From contig NC_043012.1 in assembly GCF_006345805.1 (NCBI RefSeq), positions 37,386,001-37,450,000 of the forward strand: 64,000 nt of DNA. Direction: 5' to 3'. The notes under the pieces were generated by a model. The model did not search any database. It was not told the DNA's origin and worked only from the letters and a program-made list of their open reading frames with translations. The translations under genes and the position numbers were made by a program. Shown piece by piece: positions 41,267 through 54,580 of this stretch (position 1 is the first letter of the stretch; the number at the start of each line of letters is the position of its first letter). This DNA is from Octopus sinensis. Taxonomy: Eukaryota.

Positions 41267-41647
41267 CGGAAGTGGAATATGCCGATTGCTGAGGAAAATT
41301 TGGATTTATCTGAACAACATTGAATGCACTTCCGCTCTGATTATGCATTGGCGATTGGATGTAGCCATTTTGATTGGCTGGAATTGCTGTGTACGAAGAA
41401 ACACCCGGCGAGCCATAGTAATTATCTGTGCACGGGTATTGGTGGTGTGTTTGCGACAAAGATTCCGATGCATAAGGGTAGTTACAGGGTATGTCCAGCT
41501 TTTCTGTTTGTTTGGTTGGGTAGGAAGCTGCAGTAGGGGAATAGTGGTGAGATGACCGGAAGACCGTAGGGCTGCAATATGGTCCCGTGTTGTAGTTGTT
41601 CAGATATGTGTTGCTATGAGAATTATACTGGTTGTCATGGTGATTGG
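41267..41647 (-). CDS. RFX6: RFX6-like coding exon (Ser/Tyr/Pro/Asn-rich C-terminal region)
   Basis: ttttaatttacccag acceptor and CG|gtaagc donor; 381 nt, phase 1 to 1, no stops (within supplied ORF 41223..41669). Phases fit both neighbouring exons. Confidence 0.88.
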
Positions 41648-41705
41648 CTGGGTAAATTAAAAATAGCAAAAAATATTACTTTAACATTTGATTTCAAAAA
41701 GAATT

Positions 41706-41722
41706 ATATTATTATTATTATA

Positions 41723-41753
<31 letters not shown>

Positions 41754-41840
41754 TTTATTATTATTATTATTATTATTATGATTATTATTATTATTATTAT
41801 TATTTATTATTATATTATTCTTATTATATATTATTATTAC

Positions 41841-41879
<39 letters not shown>

Positions 41880-41944
41880 TACTATTATATATTATTATTA
41901 TTATTATTTATTATATTATTATTATTAATTATTATTATTATTAC

Positions 41945-41989
<45 letters not shown>

Positions 41990-42016
41990 TATTATTATTA
42001 TTATTATTATTAATTA

Positions 42017-42047
<31 letters not shown>

Positions 42048-42088
42048 TATTATTATTATTACTATTATTATATTATTATTATTATTAC

Positions 42089-42123
<35 letters not shown>

Positions 42124-42220
42124 TATTATATTATATTATTACTATTATATTATTATTATTATTATATTATTACTATTATTATATTATTATTTATTATTAT
42201 TATTATTATATTATTATTAT
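41706..42220. repeat. ~0.5-kb (TAT)n microsatellite just upstream of the 41647 acceptor
   Basis: Direct inspection. Confidence 0.95.
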
Positions 42221-42221
42221 G

Positions 42222-42795
42222 AAGGCGGCGAGCTGGCAGAACGTTAGCACGCCGGGCGAAATGCTTAGCAGTATTTCGGCTGTCATTACGTTCTGAGTTC
42301 AAATTCCGCCAAGGTCGACTTTGCCTTTCATCCTTTCGCGGTCGATTAAATAAGTACAAGTTACGCACTGGGGTCGATATAATCGAATTAATCCGTTTGC
42401 CTGTCCTTGTTTGTCACCTCTGTGCGTAGCCCCTTGTGGGCAGTAAAGAAATAAGAAACGTTAACAAGCCGGACGTGAAGCTTAGCGGCATTTCGTTTGT
42501 CTTTACGTTCTGAGTTCAAATTCTGTCGGAGTCGACTTTGCTTTCATCCTTTCGGGGTTGATAAAGTAAGTACCAGTAATCGACTTAACCCCTCCCCAAT
42601 AACGACTGGCCTTGTGCCAAAATTTGAAACTATTATTATTATTACTGAGGCGGCGAGCTGACAGAACCGCTAGCACGCCGGACAAAATGCTTAGCGGCAT
42701 TTCGTCCGTCCTTACGTTCTGAGCTTAAATTTCATTCTCCGATGTTGACTTTGCCTCTCATCCTATCGGAGTCGATAAAGTAAGTACCAGTTGGA
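42222..42795 (+). mobile_element. Three tandem SINE family A copies; other copies at ~27615-27770, 32465-32885, 33580-33720, 37105-37285, 45720-45850, 48150-48380, 48715-48900, 51440-51630
   Basis: ggcggcgagctggcagaacgttagcacgccgggcgaaatgcttagc head and conserved body. Confidence 0.85.
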
Positions 42796-43230
42796 TGGGG
42801 ATGTAAACAAACCGACATTGTTTGTCACACGGGGTAGGGAAGACAATCAGACAGACAGACACACACGCACTTTCCCTCCACACGAAAGATTTCCACAGGG
42901 CTTCCGCCCACCAAATTAATTTATAAGGCATCGGTCAGCCCGGGGCTAAAGTAGAAGACCCTTGCCTAAGGTGCCACACGGTGGGACTGAACCATTAACC
43001 AAGAGGTTACAAAGCAAACGTCTTAACCACACACCCATGTCTGTGCCTAGATCTGTAATCTGATCCCACAAACGATTTATTCCTTCATCAAACGACTCCC
43101 AATTATCTAGTTAATTAGCGGGAATACATTTCAGTAAATTATTTCACCAACGCAGAGAGAATGGAGACGAAGACAAAGTGAGTCTGGGTCGGACTTTGAA
43201 AAGTATCCAGACGTTGACTATGGTACTTAC

Positions 43231-43381
43231 GATAATAATATGTTGAGGGTGCGGCTGGCATCGAGGGAGGCGTGGTACCGGTGCATGGAATGTGATTGGT
43301 TGGCGGATTGATAACACTTGGTCTGAGTGAGATTCTTGGAGACATTGGCGGTGTAGCCACATGACCTCCACCGTTTAAAGC
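43231..43381 (-). CDS. RFX6: RFX6-like coding exon (C-terminal region)
   Basis: ttgtatttgtag acceptor and C|gtaagt donor; 151 nt, phase 0 to 1. Encodes ALNGGGHVATPPMSPRISLRPSVINPP...STYYY; compare RFX6 [20 protein letters not shown]. Confidence 0.9.
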
Positions 43382-43752
43382 CTACAAATACAAATAAAGG
43401 CGACAGTTTGATAAAATCGTCAAACTGAGAAAGGAATTTCAAAATAATAATTTTTACTCGAAACAAAATCAAATCTGAGAAATTTGGACGTCAATAAATT
43501 AAAATTTATATTACTGGTATTCATTGTTTTCGACCAAGAACGAAGGAACAAAGAAAAAAAGAAGAAAAAAAAACGAAGAAATAATGAATTTTCAAATTTA
43601 TTATGAGTCTAATAGTCATTGCATAAATAGTTTTGGTTCGCTACATTTAGCAGAAACCTAAGTATTTTCTTTATATGCAGAATGTGTCCCTAGGTAATTC
43701 TTCCACCCCAGTCTTTTTTTTTAGTTTGCCATGCCATTCAGTATTTATACAC

Positions 43753-43869
<117 letters not shown>

Positions 43870-44036
43870 GCTCATAGTGATCACAGGTCTGCTAAAAGTC
43901 AATGAAATCTATACTGAGGTGGTGTAATATCACCAAAACGCATGGAGTTGTCCTCTGAATTCAAATTAAAATTTCATTAGAAATACTGCATTTCTAAATC
44001 TCTCAGAGAGAGAGACTTATACAGTAGTAGCACAAT

Positions 44037-44236
44037 AAAGTGATGGTTTGTTGCCAACTTAATGTGGCAGTGCCATGAAAGGGAAGCGTACTGTGTCCTT
44101 ATGTCTTCAAACATAAGGACACAGTATGCTTGTGTCACGTAGCCAACCAGAAACGGTGTTTCTTGGGGCTAAATAGCAGTGGCATTCTTCCCTTTCATGG
44201 GACTGCCACATTAAGTTGGCAACAAACCATCACTTT
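44037..44236. mobile_element. MITE-like foldback: 50-bp terminal inverted repeats plus an internal 16-bp hairpin
   Basis: 44037-44086 vs 44187-44236 match at 49/50 positions as reverse complements; internal tactgtgtccttatgt / acataaggacacagta. No TSD resolved. Confidence 0.75.
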
Positions 44237-44315
44237 TAAATTTCATTATTTTTGAATTAATTTAACTTTTCTAGTTATCATCCTTACCAACAGGACCAGG
44301 ATTCGTTTCCCTCCT

Positions 44316-44392
<77 letters not shown>

Positions 44393-44395
<3 letters not shown>

Positions 44396-44580
44396 AGAGT
44401 TTACGAAAAAAACAAAAGACGAAGACAGGTGGTGTACAAAACAAACAGATGTATTAGTATAACGCTCAGCAATAGAAAAAGTCTTTTACGTTTCGAGCCT
44501 ACGCTCTTCTACAGAAAGGGGCACAGAAAAAACAAGGAGAGAAAAAAATGTGTGTAGAGGCTAACGATCTAACATGGCGA
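44393..44580 (-). mobile_element. Short interspersed element set in a (TA)n tract, carrying a hammerhead-like motif at 44483-44518
   Basis: ~190 bp of non-satellite sequence flanked by (TA)n on both sides. The minus strand contains CTTT-CTGTAGA-A-GAGC GTAG GCTC-GAAACGTA-AAAG. Confidence 0.5.
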
Positions 44581-44595
44581 TATATATATATATAT

Positions 44596-44651
<56 letters not shown>

Positions 44652-44730
44652 GTGTGTGTGTATCTGTGTGTGTGTGTGTACAAATATATACATGTTAACA
44701 TAAATAGTAAAGATATAGATAAACAGTTAC

Positions 44731-44963
44731 TTGTGTCATGGCGTTTAAATCATTCAAATGGTTGGACATAGAATACGGTTCCCTAATGTCGGAAGCGGAC
44801 ATGCTCTCGAAAGAATCGATATCATTCATTTGATCGGTCATATCCAAAAATCGCTGTTCCTGTTTGATCGAAGAGAAGTGCTTCGGGGTGCTGACGCTTC
44901 GGTTGGCAAGAAAGCAGGTACCCGGGGCGTTGGACGAGAAATTTTGCCGGACACCTTTGTCAT
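44731..44963 (-). CDS. RFX6: RFX6-like coding exon (C-terminal region)
   Basis: tttatttcacag acceptor and CAA|gtaact donor; 233 nt, phase 1 to 0, open frame. Encodes (D)DKGVRQNFSSNAPGTCFLANRSVST...LNAMTQ; CFLANR matches RFX6 PSSCFLANRN. Follows a ~10.1 kb intron. Confidence 0.9.
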
Positions 44964-44991
44964 CTGTGAAATAAAGAATTATAATATAAGA

Positions 44992-45019
44992 CTACATCAT
45001 CATCACCATCATCATCATT

Positions 45020-45066
<47 letters not shown>

Positions 45067-45426
45067 AAAAGAAGGCCTCTAGGGATGATCGAGAAACACC
45101 ACTGCCGGAGATTTCCCTGAAACCCCAAGAGCAAGTGCCCTCCCCAATTCCTTCTCTCCGACACACAGGTCTACACTTAAAGAGGTACCATCCACTCTTG
45201 CCATTTTCGCAACTTTCACCCACCTCTCAATAAACTCACTCAAGGACAGCACTTTCCCCTCCATTCTCAATTTCCTCTTCAAGTGAAACTTGAAGAATTC
45301 AATGAGAGCTCTACCAAAGAGGAATGGATCTGTCCTCATGCCGTTCAGCCTTGTCCACCAAACAACCTCTTTCGCCACAGCCACAAGGCAAAGGAAGACT
45401 GCCTTGGCTGCCCGACTTCCGCTCAT
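44992..45426 (-). mobile_element. Tx1/L1-like LINE ORF2 C-terminal fragment with (GAT)n tail
   Basis: LVAVAKEVVWWTR...LIEFFKFHLKRKLRMEGKVLSLSEFIERW resembles Tx1-clade ORF2 ends; followed by a long (CAT)n at 44992-45065. Confidence 0.6.
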
Positions 45427-45652
45427 GATCAGAGATGCACATATCGTCAGCCACCAATGAACATGCTCAATTGGTTAAGGTCAAACAACTGACAAGCAAA
45501 TCTGTGGTATTGAGCAGAATATTTGCTGTAGCCCATCTTTTATACAAAGACAAAACAATGTACATGATGATAACACTTCCAATCAGTTAAGATCAGAAGC
45601 CATGAGAGCCACTGCTGGTACTGCATCAGGGCATAGCCACTACCTGGTACTA

Positions 45653-45720
<68 letters not shown>

Positions 45721-45848
45721 CGCTGAGGTCGATTTTGCCTTTCATCCTTTCGAGGTCGATAAATTAAATACCAGTCAAACACTAGGGGTCAATGTAATCG
45801 ACTCATCCCCTCCACCAAAATTGCTGCCCTTGCGGCAAAATTTGAAAC

Positions 45849-45891
<43 letters not shown>

Positions 45892-45904
45892 GTTATTATT
45901 ATTA

Positions 45905-45960
<56 letters not shown>

Positions 45961-47152
45961 ATTTGACTCAGGTTTGGTCTTATTTCATCCATCCATCCAT
46001 CCATCTATACATACATACATCCATCCATCCATCCATCCATCCATACATGCATACATACATACATCCATACATACATACATCCATCCATCCATCCATCCAT
46101 CCATCCATCCATCCATCCATCCATACATACATACATACATACATACGTACATACATACGTACATACATACATACATACATCCATCATCCATCCATCCATC
46201 CATACATACATACATAGGCGTAGACGAAAATGTATCATCTGAAGGCACTGTGAATAAAGATAGACTGACCAAGAATATTACACCAGACTTTGGAAAATAT
46301 GGCAGTTGGAACCCTTCCCTTACAACGAAACAATATCCCACAATGCACTTGCTGTACCAGTGCTGAGCCCAACATTTGGGATATATAATATTTATATATA
46401 TGTGTGTGTGTGTGTGTGTCTGTCGGTATCTTATCTTTTACTTGCTTCAGTCATTAGACTGTGGTCATGCTGGGGCACCGCCTTGAAGAGTTTTCCGTCG
46501 AATGAATCGACCCCAGTACACATTCAATCGTCCCCTTTTGCCGAACCGCTAAGTTATGGGGACGTAAACACACCAAACGGTAGTGGTGAGGGGAACACAG
46601 ACAAACAGACAGACACTCAACGGGCTACTTTACACACACACACGCACACATGCGACAGGCTTCCTTCAGTTTCCGTCTAGTAATCCACTCACAAGGTTTT
46701 GGTCTGCTCGAGGCCATTGTGGAAGACTCTTATCTAAAGTGTCGTGCAGGGGTATTGAACCCGGAACTATGAAGTTGGGAAGCAAACTTCTTACCACAGA
46801 GCCACGTATGTACATAGTAAATTATGAATGTATGCAGCAGCCGATCAGGTTCGTTATACGAAATTGGTCAAGAATTATTGCAGACAAGTTATTTGCTAAC
46901 CGGAATATGGAAATCAGTCAGTGAAAAATATTCTTTACTCGTAAAATATAAAGTATTTTTTCCCTTTAAATTCGTTTCAGGATATGATAAAAATATTCCC
47001 AGATGTTTTTGGACCAAATTCTTTCTGCTGTTAGATACGAACGATGTAGACATACTAATAAATTATATTTATGAAAGTAGTGTTGGGGTAGGCTCTAGAG
47101 CTTGATGTAGTAACAAAACAGACATCATATATGTCTCTCTCTTTCTCTCTCT

Positions 47153-47216
<64 letters not shown>

Positions 47217-50200
47217 GGTGCTCTCAAGTGCAGTACAAGTGCTATAAAATTGAACCATGAAGTGGTCCGGGTGTTGTTTAAAGTAGTTTAAGTTGCTACT
47301 TAATTTAATTTCTTGTATCTAATTTGGCTAATTGCTGCTCAAGACGAATATAAACTGTCTGTGAGTTTATTGACCAAAATATTCTATATAGCTTTTAATT
47401 TGGTTAAGATAAGATTTCTGACTCGATTCGTCTGACTGAAAATCTGCAAGGCTGTATCCCAGTATGGCCGCAGTTTAATGATTGGAACAAGTCAGAATAT
47501 AAGATTAAGACATGGAACTCTTCTGATTCCGTACTTGTTGGCACTGATCCGTTTCGGTTGTTGAACCGTTCCCACTTCTCTCAGACCTGGAATGCTTCCT
47601 ATCGGCTGACAGTTGCAGTTGTCGAGGTGTTGCTGATATCTTTAACCCTAGGTAATCCTGATCGAGCAGATTTATGATCAAGTCGTTCCAACAGCAGCAG
47701 TTCTGTCTTTGTGGCTTTTTATGGTATTAGGCTAAGATTTGAGGGAGATTTCTTTGCTATTTCTAACTGCAACTAAAAAAGGGAACCTTAGAGCCATGCC
47801 GACTCATAAGGGCCGGTTTCCTGGTTTCGTGGTGTATATATATTCCCCACCTGGATGAGACACCAGTTCGTCGCAGGGTTACTTCTTTTTGCCAGCTGAG
47901 AAGACTGGGGCAACATGAAATGAAGTGTCTTGCTCAAGAACACAATGTATCGCTCGATACAGGAATCGAAACCACAATTTTACGATCATGAGTCCAACAC
48001 GTTAACCACTAAGCCACGCGCCTCCACTAAGTTACCAACTAGGATGGGACGAAAGTCGTTTAACATAATCAACAACTGCACACCTTCGAGAAGGTGTCCA
48101 AATTGAACCTGGATACTAATGTCTGAAAGTGCATCACTACCAGCTAACTGCTACGTTATATCCTTTGGACCATTCGCCGGGCGAAATGCTAAGCAGTATT
48201 TCGTCTGCCGCTACGTTCTGAGTTCAAATTCCGCCGAGGTCGACTTTGTCTTTCATCCTTTCGGGATCAATGACATAAGTACCAGTTACGCACTGGGGTC
48301 GATATAATCGACTTGATCCGTTTGTCTGTCCTTGTGTGTTCCCTCTGTGTTTAGCCCCTTGTGGGTAGTAAAGAAATAGGTTAAACTGGAACGCCTGATA
48401 TCCAATGCGGTCTTTGATAGTTGAGCGTGAAGTGAGGGATATTTGGCTGTTATTTATAGCAATTCGTACGACCACGTAAAGGATCCCTTTGCTTTCTTTT
48501 TATGTCATTGTTGTGTTGTTGTTTAGCCTCAGATCTGTCCTGATGGAGCAGACATCTGATCAAAGACATTCCATCCGTGACCATCCAGACATCGTGTACT
48601 TCTCTGATATTCAAATATGAGACTGGAGGAAATATGTTATTTCAAACGGGTCGGGTAATCACTTAGTGACCCCCACTTTTTTCGACGTGGCTGGTTTCAT
48701 TTCATCTACATCAGTGCCTGAAACTTGGGGGAGAGGGACAGTCGATTACACTGACCCCAGTGCTCAGCTGGTACTTATGTCATCGACCCCGAAAGGATGA
48801 AAGGTAAAGTCGACCTCGGCGGAATTTGAACTCAGAACGTAGCGGCAGACGAAATACCGCTAAGCATTTCGCCCGGCCTGCTCACGATTCTACCAACTCT
48901 AATTATAATGCTTTCAAGTTTTACTAGAAGGCCAAGAATTTCAAGGGAGGGGCATGTCGGGATTACATCTGCAATCACTTTGACACCTGACGCGTGGCAC
49001 ACTGTGCACCTATCCAAGTAATGTCGATTTGATGGAGGAAGTGAGCTAAGGTACAGAACAAATATTTGACCCCTATAAACATATCATTTGTGCAGGTTGT
49101 CCTGCAAGAAATTGCGAAACCCTCATCTTTGCTTAAGAACACAACGCATCGTCTATTCTGAGAATCGAAACCACAATCTTGCGATTGCGAATGCAACATC
49201 CTAACCACTAGGACACACCAAACCTTCACTATGTTTATTATATATATATACATACACACACACATATATATATTTATATGAGTGTGTGTATTCTTTTTTC
49301 TTTTATTTTACTTGTTTCAGTTATTTGACTGCGGCCATGTTGGAGCACCGCCTTTAGTCGAACAAATCGACCCCAGGACTTTTCTTTGTAAGCCTGGTAC
49401 TTATTCTATCGGTCTCTTTTTGCCGAGGGGACAAGCACAGACATACAAATACACACACACACACACACACACACACGCACGCACACACACTCATGCACAC
49501 ACGCACATGCATATATATACGACGGGCTTCTTTCAGTTTCCGTCTACCAAATCCACACAGAAGACTTTGGTCGGTCCGGGGCTATAGTAGAAGACACTTG
49601 CCCAAGGTGCCACGCAGTGGAACTGAACTCTGAACCATGTGGTTGGGAAGCAAGCCTCTTACCACAAAGCCACTCCTGCACCTATATATATATGTATATA
49701 TACACAGACGCATACATACATATATACATATATACATATATACACTCAGGGAAGAATGTCATGCAATATATTAAAAAGAATTAAAAGATTATGACTCACA
49801 AAAAACAAAAACAAAAACAAAACTACAACTAAAGGAGGGAAACCTTCCCAGACAAGGGTGAGAACTTAGTCCCCAAGTACATTTAGGGTACACTCACGAA
49901 TCTGACAACTTTCTACCCGGATCATCTTATGAAAAAGGAAGTTCTCAGAGAAAGTAAGACATTCTCACAAGCATATTAATCAACTGACATCGGCCACAAC
50001 AGACACGAAACCATTGAACACAGAAATAGAAAAAAAAAGCCAAAAAAAAAAAGCAAAAACAAAAAACAAAAAACAAAAACAACAAAATCCAGAACAAAAC
50101 AAAACAAACAAAGACAATTCCCCTACAGCAACAGATTTTGGGGTTGGTGCAGTCCTTTCATAACTTCAAGATAACGAATGATACGGGTGGGTGTTTAGGG

Positions 50201-53024
50201 TAGGGGCGATAAAATAACCCGTGTCATAAATTATAGCCTAAAGCTGTTTCATTGTTCGGAACCCGATGTCAGTTCGGTTTGAACAAATTGAAGCTCTTCC
50301 TCCATTGTATTCTGTCTTTCATAACTAAAGGACATATCGAAGAGATTAAACTCCATAAAGACATATCTAGCCTCCCCCCTCCTCTTGCCCTCTTCTCGTC
50401 TCTCTTCGCCGAAGCGTTCTCAGTAGTTTTTTTTACTCTCACACAAAACAACATTTCATTACATAAATACGTTACACTTGTTTTCCATTTCTAAAACAAG
50501 CCTCTATAGTTTTCTCATTACAATAAACCTTAATTCTTCCTACCAATTCATTAAGCTCACTCACACTCATCCACCACATTCTATTTTTACATTAATTTTA
50601 ATTAATTTAGGATTATGTAATGACATTTGCCTCTTGCAACGGATATCATTTAAACTCCATATTTCCCGGCGTTAAAGGCGCCACGTCTTCTCACTGAACA
50701 TTACAGTTTTCATGCGACAAATTTAGCCTCAGAGCAGAGTTGTCTACGGTAAAACCTACCACATCTCTCTACTGCAAAAGCGAAATAAAAATGCTGCTTA
50801 TATGTGATCAACAGGGTTTATATGTCAATAAACCATCGATAAAATATCAAACTAAAGTATATGAAACCGTTGTAGGGCCTCCGTTGACTAATTTTGACTA
50901 TACACTTGTGCTTGTATATGCAGGTCTGGACAATATTTCTTTTGGAGTAAAACCGGCAGTTGTCCATGCATACGAGTCTCCTCTTCACCACGCCACTGAT
51001 GTTTATCCGAGGGAATGGCCACTGATTGGAGCCAATGGAGTTTGGTATCCGTGTCGTCGCAGATGTTGCTGTCAGAACGGAAAAGGCGGGAACAAACACC
51101 ACGCGAGGCATTCATTCTATTGAACACCCTAACGACTCGGCCAGTTCGACACCTTGACTGTGAAAAGGGCAAGTGTGAGACCTTGTTATCTCTTTGTTTA
51201 TGTCCATTGTTGTTTCAAAACTTTCAAGTCAAAATTAATGGCTCTCTTAGGACGAAGCGTCCTTGACCCTGGGAAAGACGTTGATTAAAATATCGTAGCT
51301 CATCACAGCAGATCTCTTTTCACTCATCTTATTCGATATTGTTGCAGTTTGACTGCTGATCACGGGAGAGCTCAACTCTATGTATTCTTTGAGATGTCTC
51401 TCAGAATTATATATTCAATATATATTCCAAAAAATAAAACGGCGAGCTGGCAGAGCCGTTAGCACGCCGGGCAAAATACTTAACGGCTTTTAGTCCGTCT
51501 TCACGTCCTGAGTTCAAAACCCACCCAGGGTTAGCTTTGCTTTTCATCCTTTTGTAGTCGATAAAGTAAATACCAGTTGGACACTGGGGTGGATATTATC
51601 TTCCCCCGAAATTACTGGCCAAAATTTGAAACTACCAGATACTCCAAAAATGGTTGTTTGCAACTAAGGCATTGACTTCTCATTTAAACGCAACAAAAGT
51701 TTCGTCCCTCTTTCAGTTCTACTTGCATCTCTGCAAACCAATATCGAGAGACTCATCTAAAAATCCAGACTTCAGGCGTTTTAAAGAATCTTTTTGAAGT
51801 GTTCGATTCTTCACGCGTCACTCTAAACTTGTTGATGGATGTATCGTTCAACAATGTTTAATCAAATAAATTTTAATTAATATATCTACCATATTAAAGT
51901 AAATAATTATTAAATGTAGATTGATAGAATCATTAGAAAGTCAGAAATAAATGTCTTCTGCTATTTAGTTACGGACACTTACGTTCCGAGTTCAAATTTC
52001 GTCGACGCCAACTTTGAGATTCCATCATTCTTGTGGTCGATAAAATAACGTACCGATTCAAAGACTGGGAACGATTTTATCGTCTGTACTCATTATCCTA
52101 ATAAATTCTATAGATTCTGAGACTTTGACTCTATCAGGAATCAGTATTAATGTAGAACCATTGTTAGTTTGCAGATAGAATTTGGTATGAATATGCAATT
52201 GCTCCTGATCACCCAAGCTAATGTAAGGTCCTGTCGTTTGTTCTACAGAGCATAAATCAATATTATCAGGCATATAAAAACAGTACAAAAAGAAACGATA
52301 CTACAATCACCTTCACTTCTAGTAAAACCACCACCACCACCACCACCACTACCACTACTACAGCCACAACCATTACTAACTTGCAGCAGTTTTTTGAACA
52401 AATATTTGAAATTCAAATGATGCGTCATAATTTATGTGAGCGAAATATTTCCCAATGCAATATGGATGATTACATTTGCATATGTCTGACAGGAAGACAC
52501 ATCACTGTTTCTGACATGAAAGAACTTTGTATGAATTTTACATAGACGTAAATATATCTGTAAACAAGACAATTTACATTATATTATATTTTATTAAAAG
52601 GTGCGTGAAAACGATATTTCCCTCCCGTTTATATCATCATTAAAATCAATTGCCAATCATTAAAATGTTAACAATTCCCTGTTAAATAAAATAGGATACA
52701 AGTTTGGAGCAAGATAAAATAAAATTCCTTTATTGGCGTTTGTATTTATCTAGTGTATGTTTAAAAACACTGGTAACTGCTAACCGAATGTAAAATGCTA
52801 AAATAGTTCAGGCAATTTCTCCTGCTTCGTAGCTATTATTTCAGTTTAGTTTAGTTATCAAAGGTTAAATTTTAATATCAACCACCAGAAAAAGATAATG
52901 ACTAGAGGCTAATAAAATCAATGGCGGTCTTTTAAGGCTTCTTGGTTCCTATGGTAGACTGAAAATAAAAATCAGATATGAGTTTAGTATTAATATATAA
53001 TAAATAAAGGCGCCCTTTAAAAGC

Positions 53025-53255
53025 CTAGACAGGCTCATGGACCCGGTTTCCCGGTTTCTATGGCGTATGTGTTCCCCAGCTGGATGGGACGCCAGTCCAT
53101 CGCAGCGTTACTCATTTTTGCCAGCTGAGTGGACTGGAGCAACGTGAAATGAAGTGTTTTGCTCAAGAACACAACGCGTCGCCCGGTCCAGAAATCGAAA
53201 CCACAATCTTACGATCATGGTGCGGACACCCTAATCACTAAGCCACGCGTCTCCA
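53025..53255 (-). mobile_element. tRNA-derived SINE family C; other copies at ~1650-1975, 47790-48030, 49075-49215, 58405-58632
   Basis: gtggttagggtg...atgatcgtaagattgtggtttcgatt...ttgagcaaaacacttcatttcacgttgctccagtccactcagctggcaaaaatgagt shared among copies. Confidence 0.8.
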
Positions 53256-53334
53256 CTTAGTATTAATATACTTCGATAAAAGAAAAAAAAAACCAAGCGA
53301 ACTATGTTTAATTCGGTTTTCCTGCATGCCTTTA

Positions 53335-53720
53335 ACTATGGCCATGGATGTTGGGTGATGACCGAAAGAGTACGATTGTGAAACGAGCGGCCGATATGGG
53401 GTTTCTCTGAAGGGTCTCTGTAGTAATGTCACTCGACAGAATGGTAGCTCAGAGATTAAGGAGTCTCTCCAAATCGAGCCGCTACTTCTCCGCATTGAGA
53501 AGTCATAACTCCGGTACTACGGACATGGGATTAGAATTTCGCAGGAAATAGTCGCAAGACGGATTCTTCAAGCTGAGCCAACAGGCAGGAGACCTAGGAG
53601 TTGACTAAGAACGAGATGGACGGATATTATCCATCATCTCAGTTGGTGACACTTGGGAATCCATCTGGAAAAGTCTAATGGCAATTGCTTCTATTAGTAC
53701 CATACAGAGGAGGTCTACCT
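53335..53720 (+). mobile_element. Degenerate RTE (Rex3/Expander-like) LINE 3' fragment
   Basis: Stop-interrupted LLRIEKS*LRYYGH...RRILQAEPTGRRPRS*LRTRWTD resembles RTE LLRIERSQLRWFGH...PTGRRPRGRPRTRWRD. Confidence 0.7.
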
Positions 53721-54580
53721 CTACGACCCTTCCAAGAATAGTGGGAGAAGATGGATAGAAGGATGGATATATCGCCATTGTTGTAAGAAACTATAATGGA
53801 AAATTATTCTGTTATTATGGTAAATTATAATAGTAAATCTTCAAAAATATTATTTAAAATGTAGATAATAATATACAAACTTGAAGAATGATAGGGAAGA
53901 ATGCTCAAAACCCAGGGACGCCTGTTGCATAGTAAAACATAGTAGAGTGAGCACACATCCCAGAGAGGAAACCCCTCCCCCGGGTTATCTGTTGCTTAAA
54001 AATAGTATAGTAAAACGAGCAATAACATAGTTGATATTATACGGAAAGCCAGGGCATTAATGACGTAATTCTCTGGTAAGTCTTCAGAATGAAGAACAAT
54101 AATTGAGCGGCTGGGTTGGCATACTTAATACAGTGACACCCCACCCAAATTGCTTAAATCTAAAAACGAAGAGAAAATTCTTAGTGCTAACGATGGTGTT
54201 TGTCAAAAAAGACAGGGGAGATAATTTCAAATTAGAAATTGATTTAAAATGCACTTAATCAATGAAACCTTTATCACATCAGATCATATAAAGACTGTTA
54301 AGTGCGAGTAAGACAATGCTTAGCTGAGAAGGTTTAATTAAACCGAAACATACCTGGAGTTATACTTTTACCACAGATAAAACTCAATTTCTACTGCAAT
54401 TTTCCAGTTCAATATCTTCTTATCAATTTAAATTTCGGAGTTACTTCCCTTCCCTTTCATGCTCAGAATTCATCAATAAGTTTAATACAAATTTTTGTTA
54501 CCAATACGTGAATACTTTTAATTAACTAAAAAATTTTTTTTTGCATTCAGCATTCTGTATGTTAGCGTCTACATCGCAAC

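Noticed and set aside
46217-46366. Non-repetitive patch in the RFX6 intron with a possible acceptor (tttattcacag)
   Set aside because: The only donors are inside a (TATG)n tract, there is no homology, and exons 55073 and 44963 already join in phase and match vertebrate RFX6.
51015-51266. SERKRREQ...REAFILL resembling a bHLH basic region
   Set aside because: Spacing does not fit bHLH helix 1, there is an in-frame stop six codons upstream of the ATG, and the equivalent frame is broken by a stop in the related copy at 12 kb.
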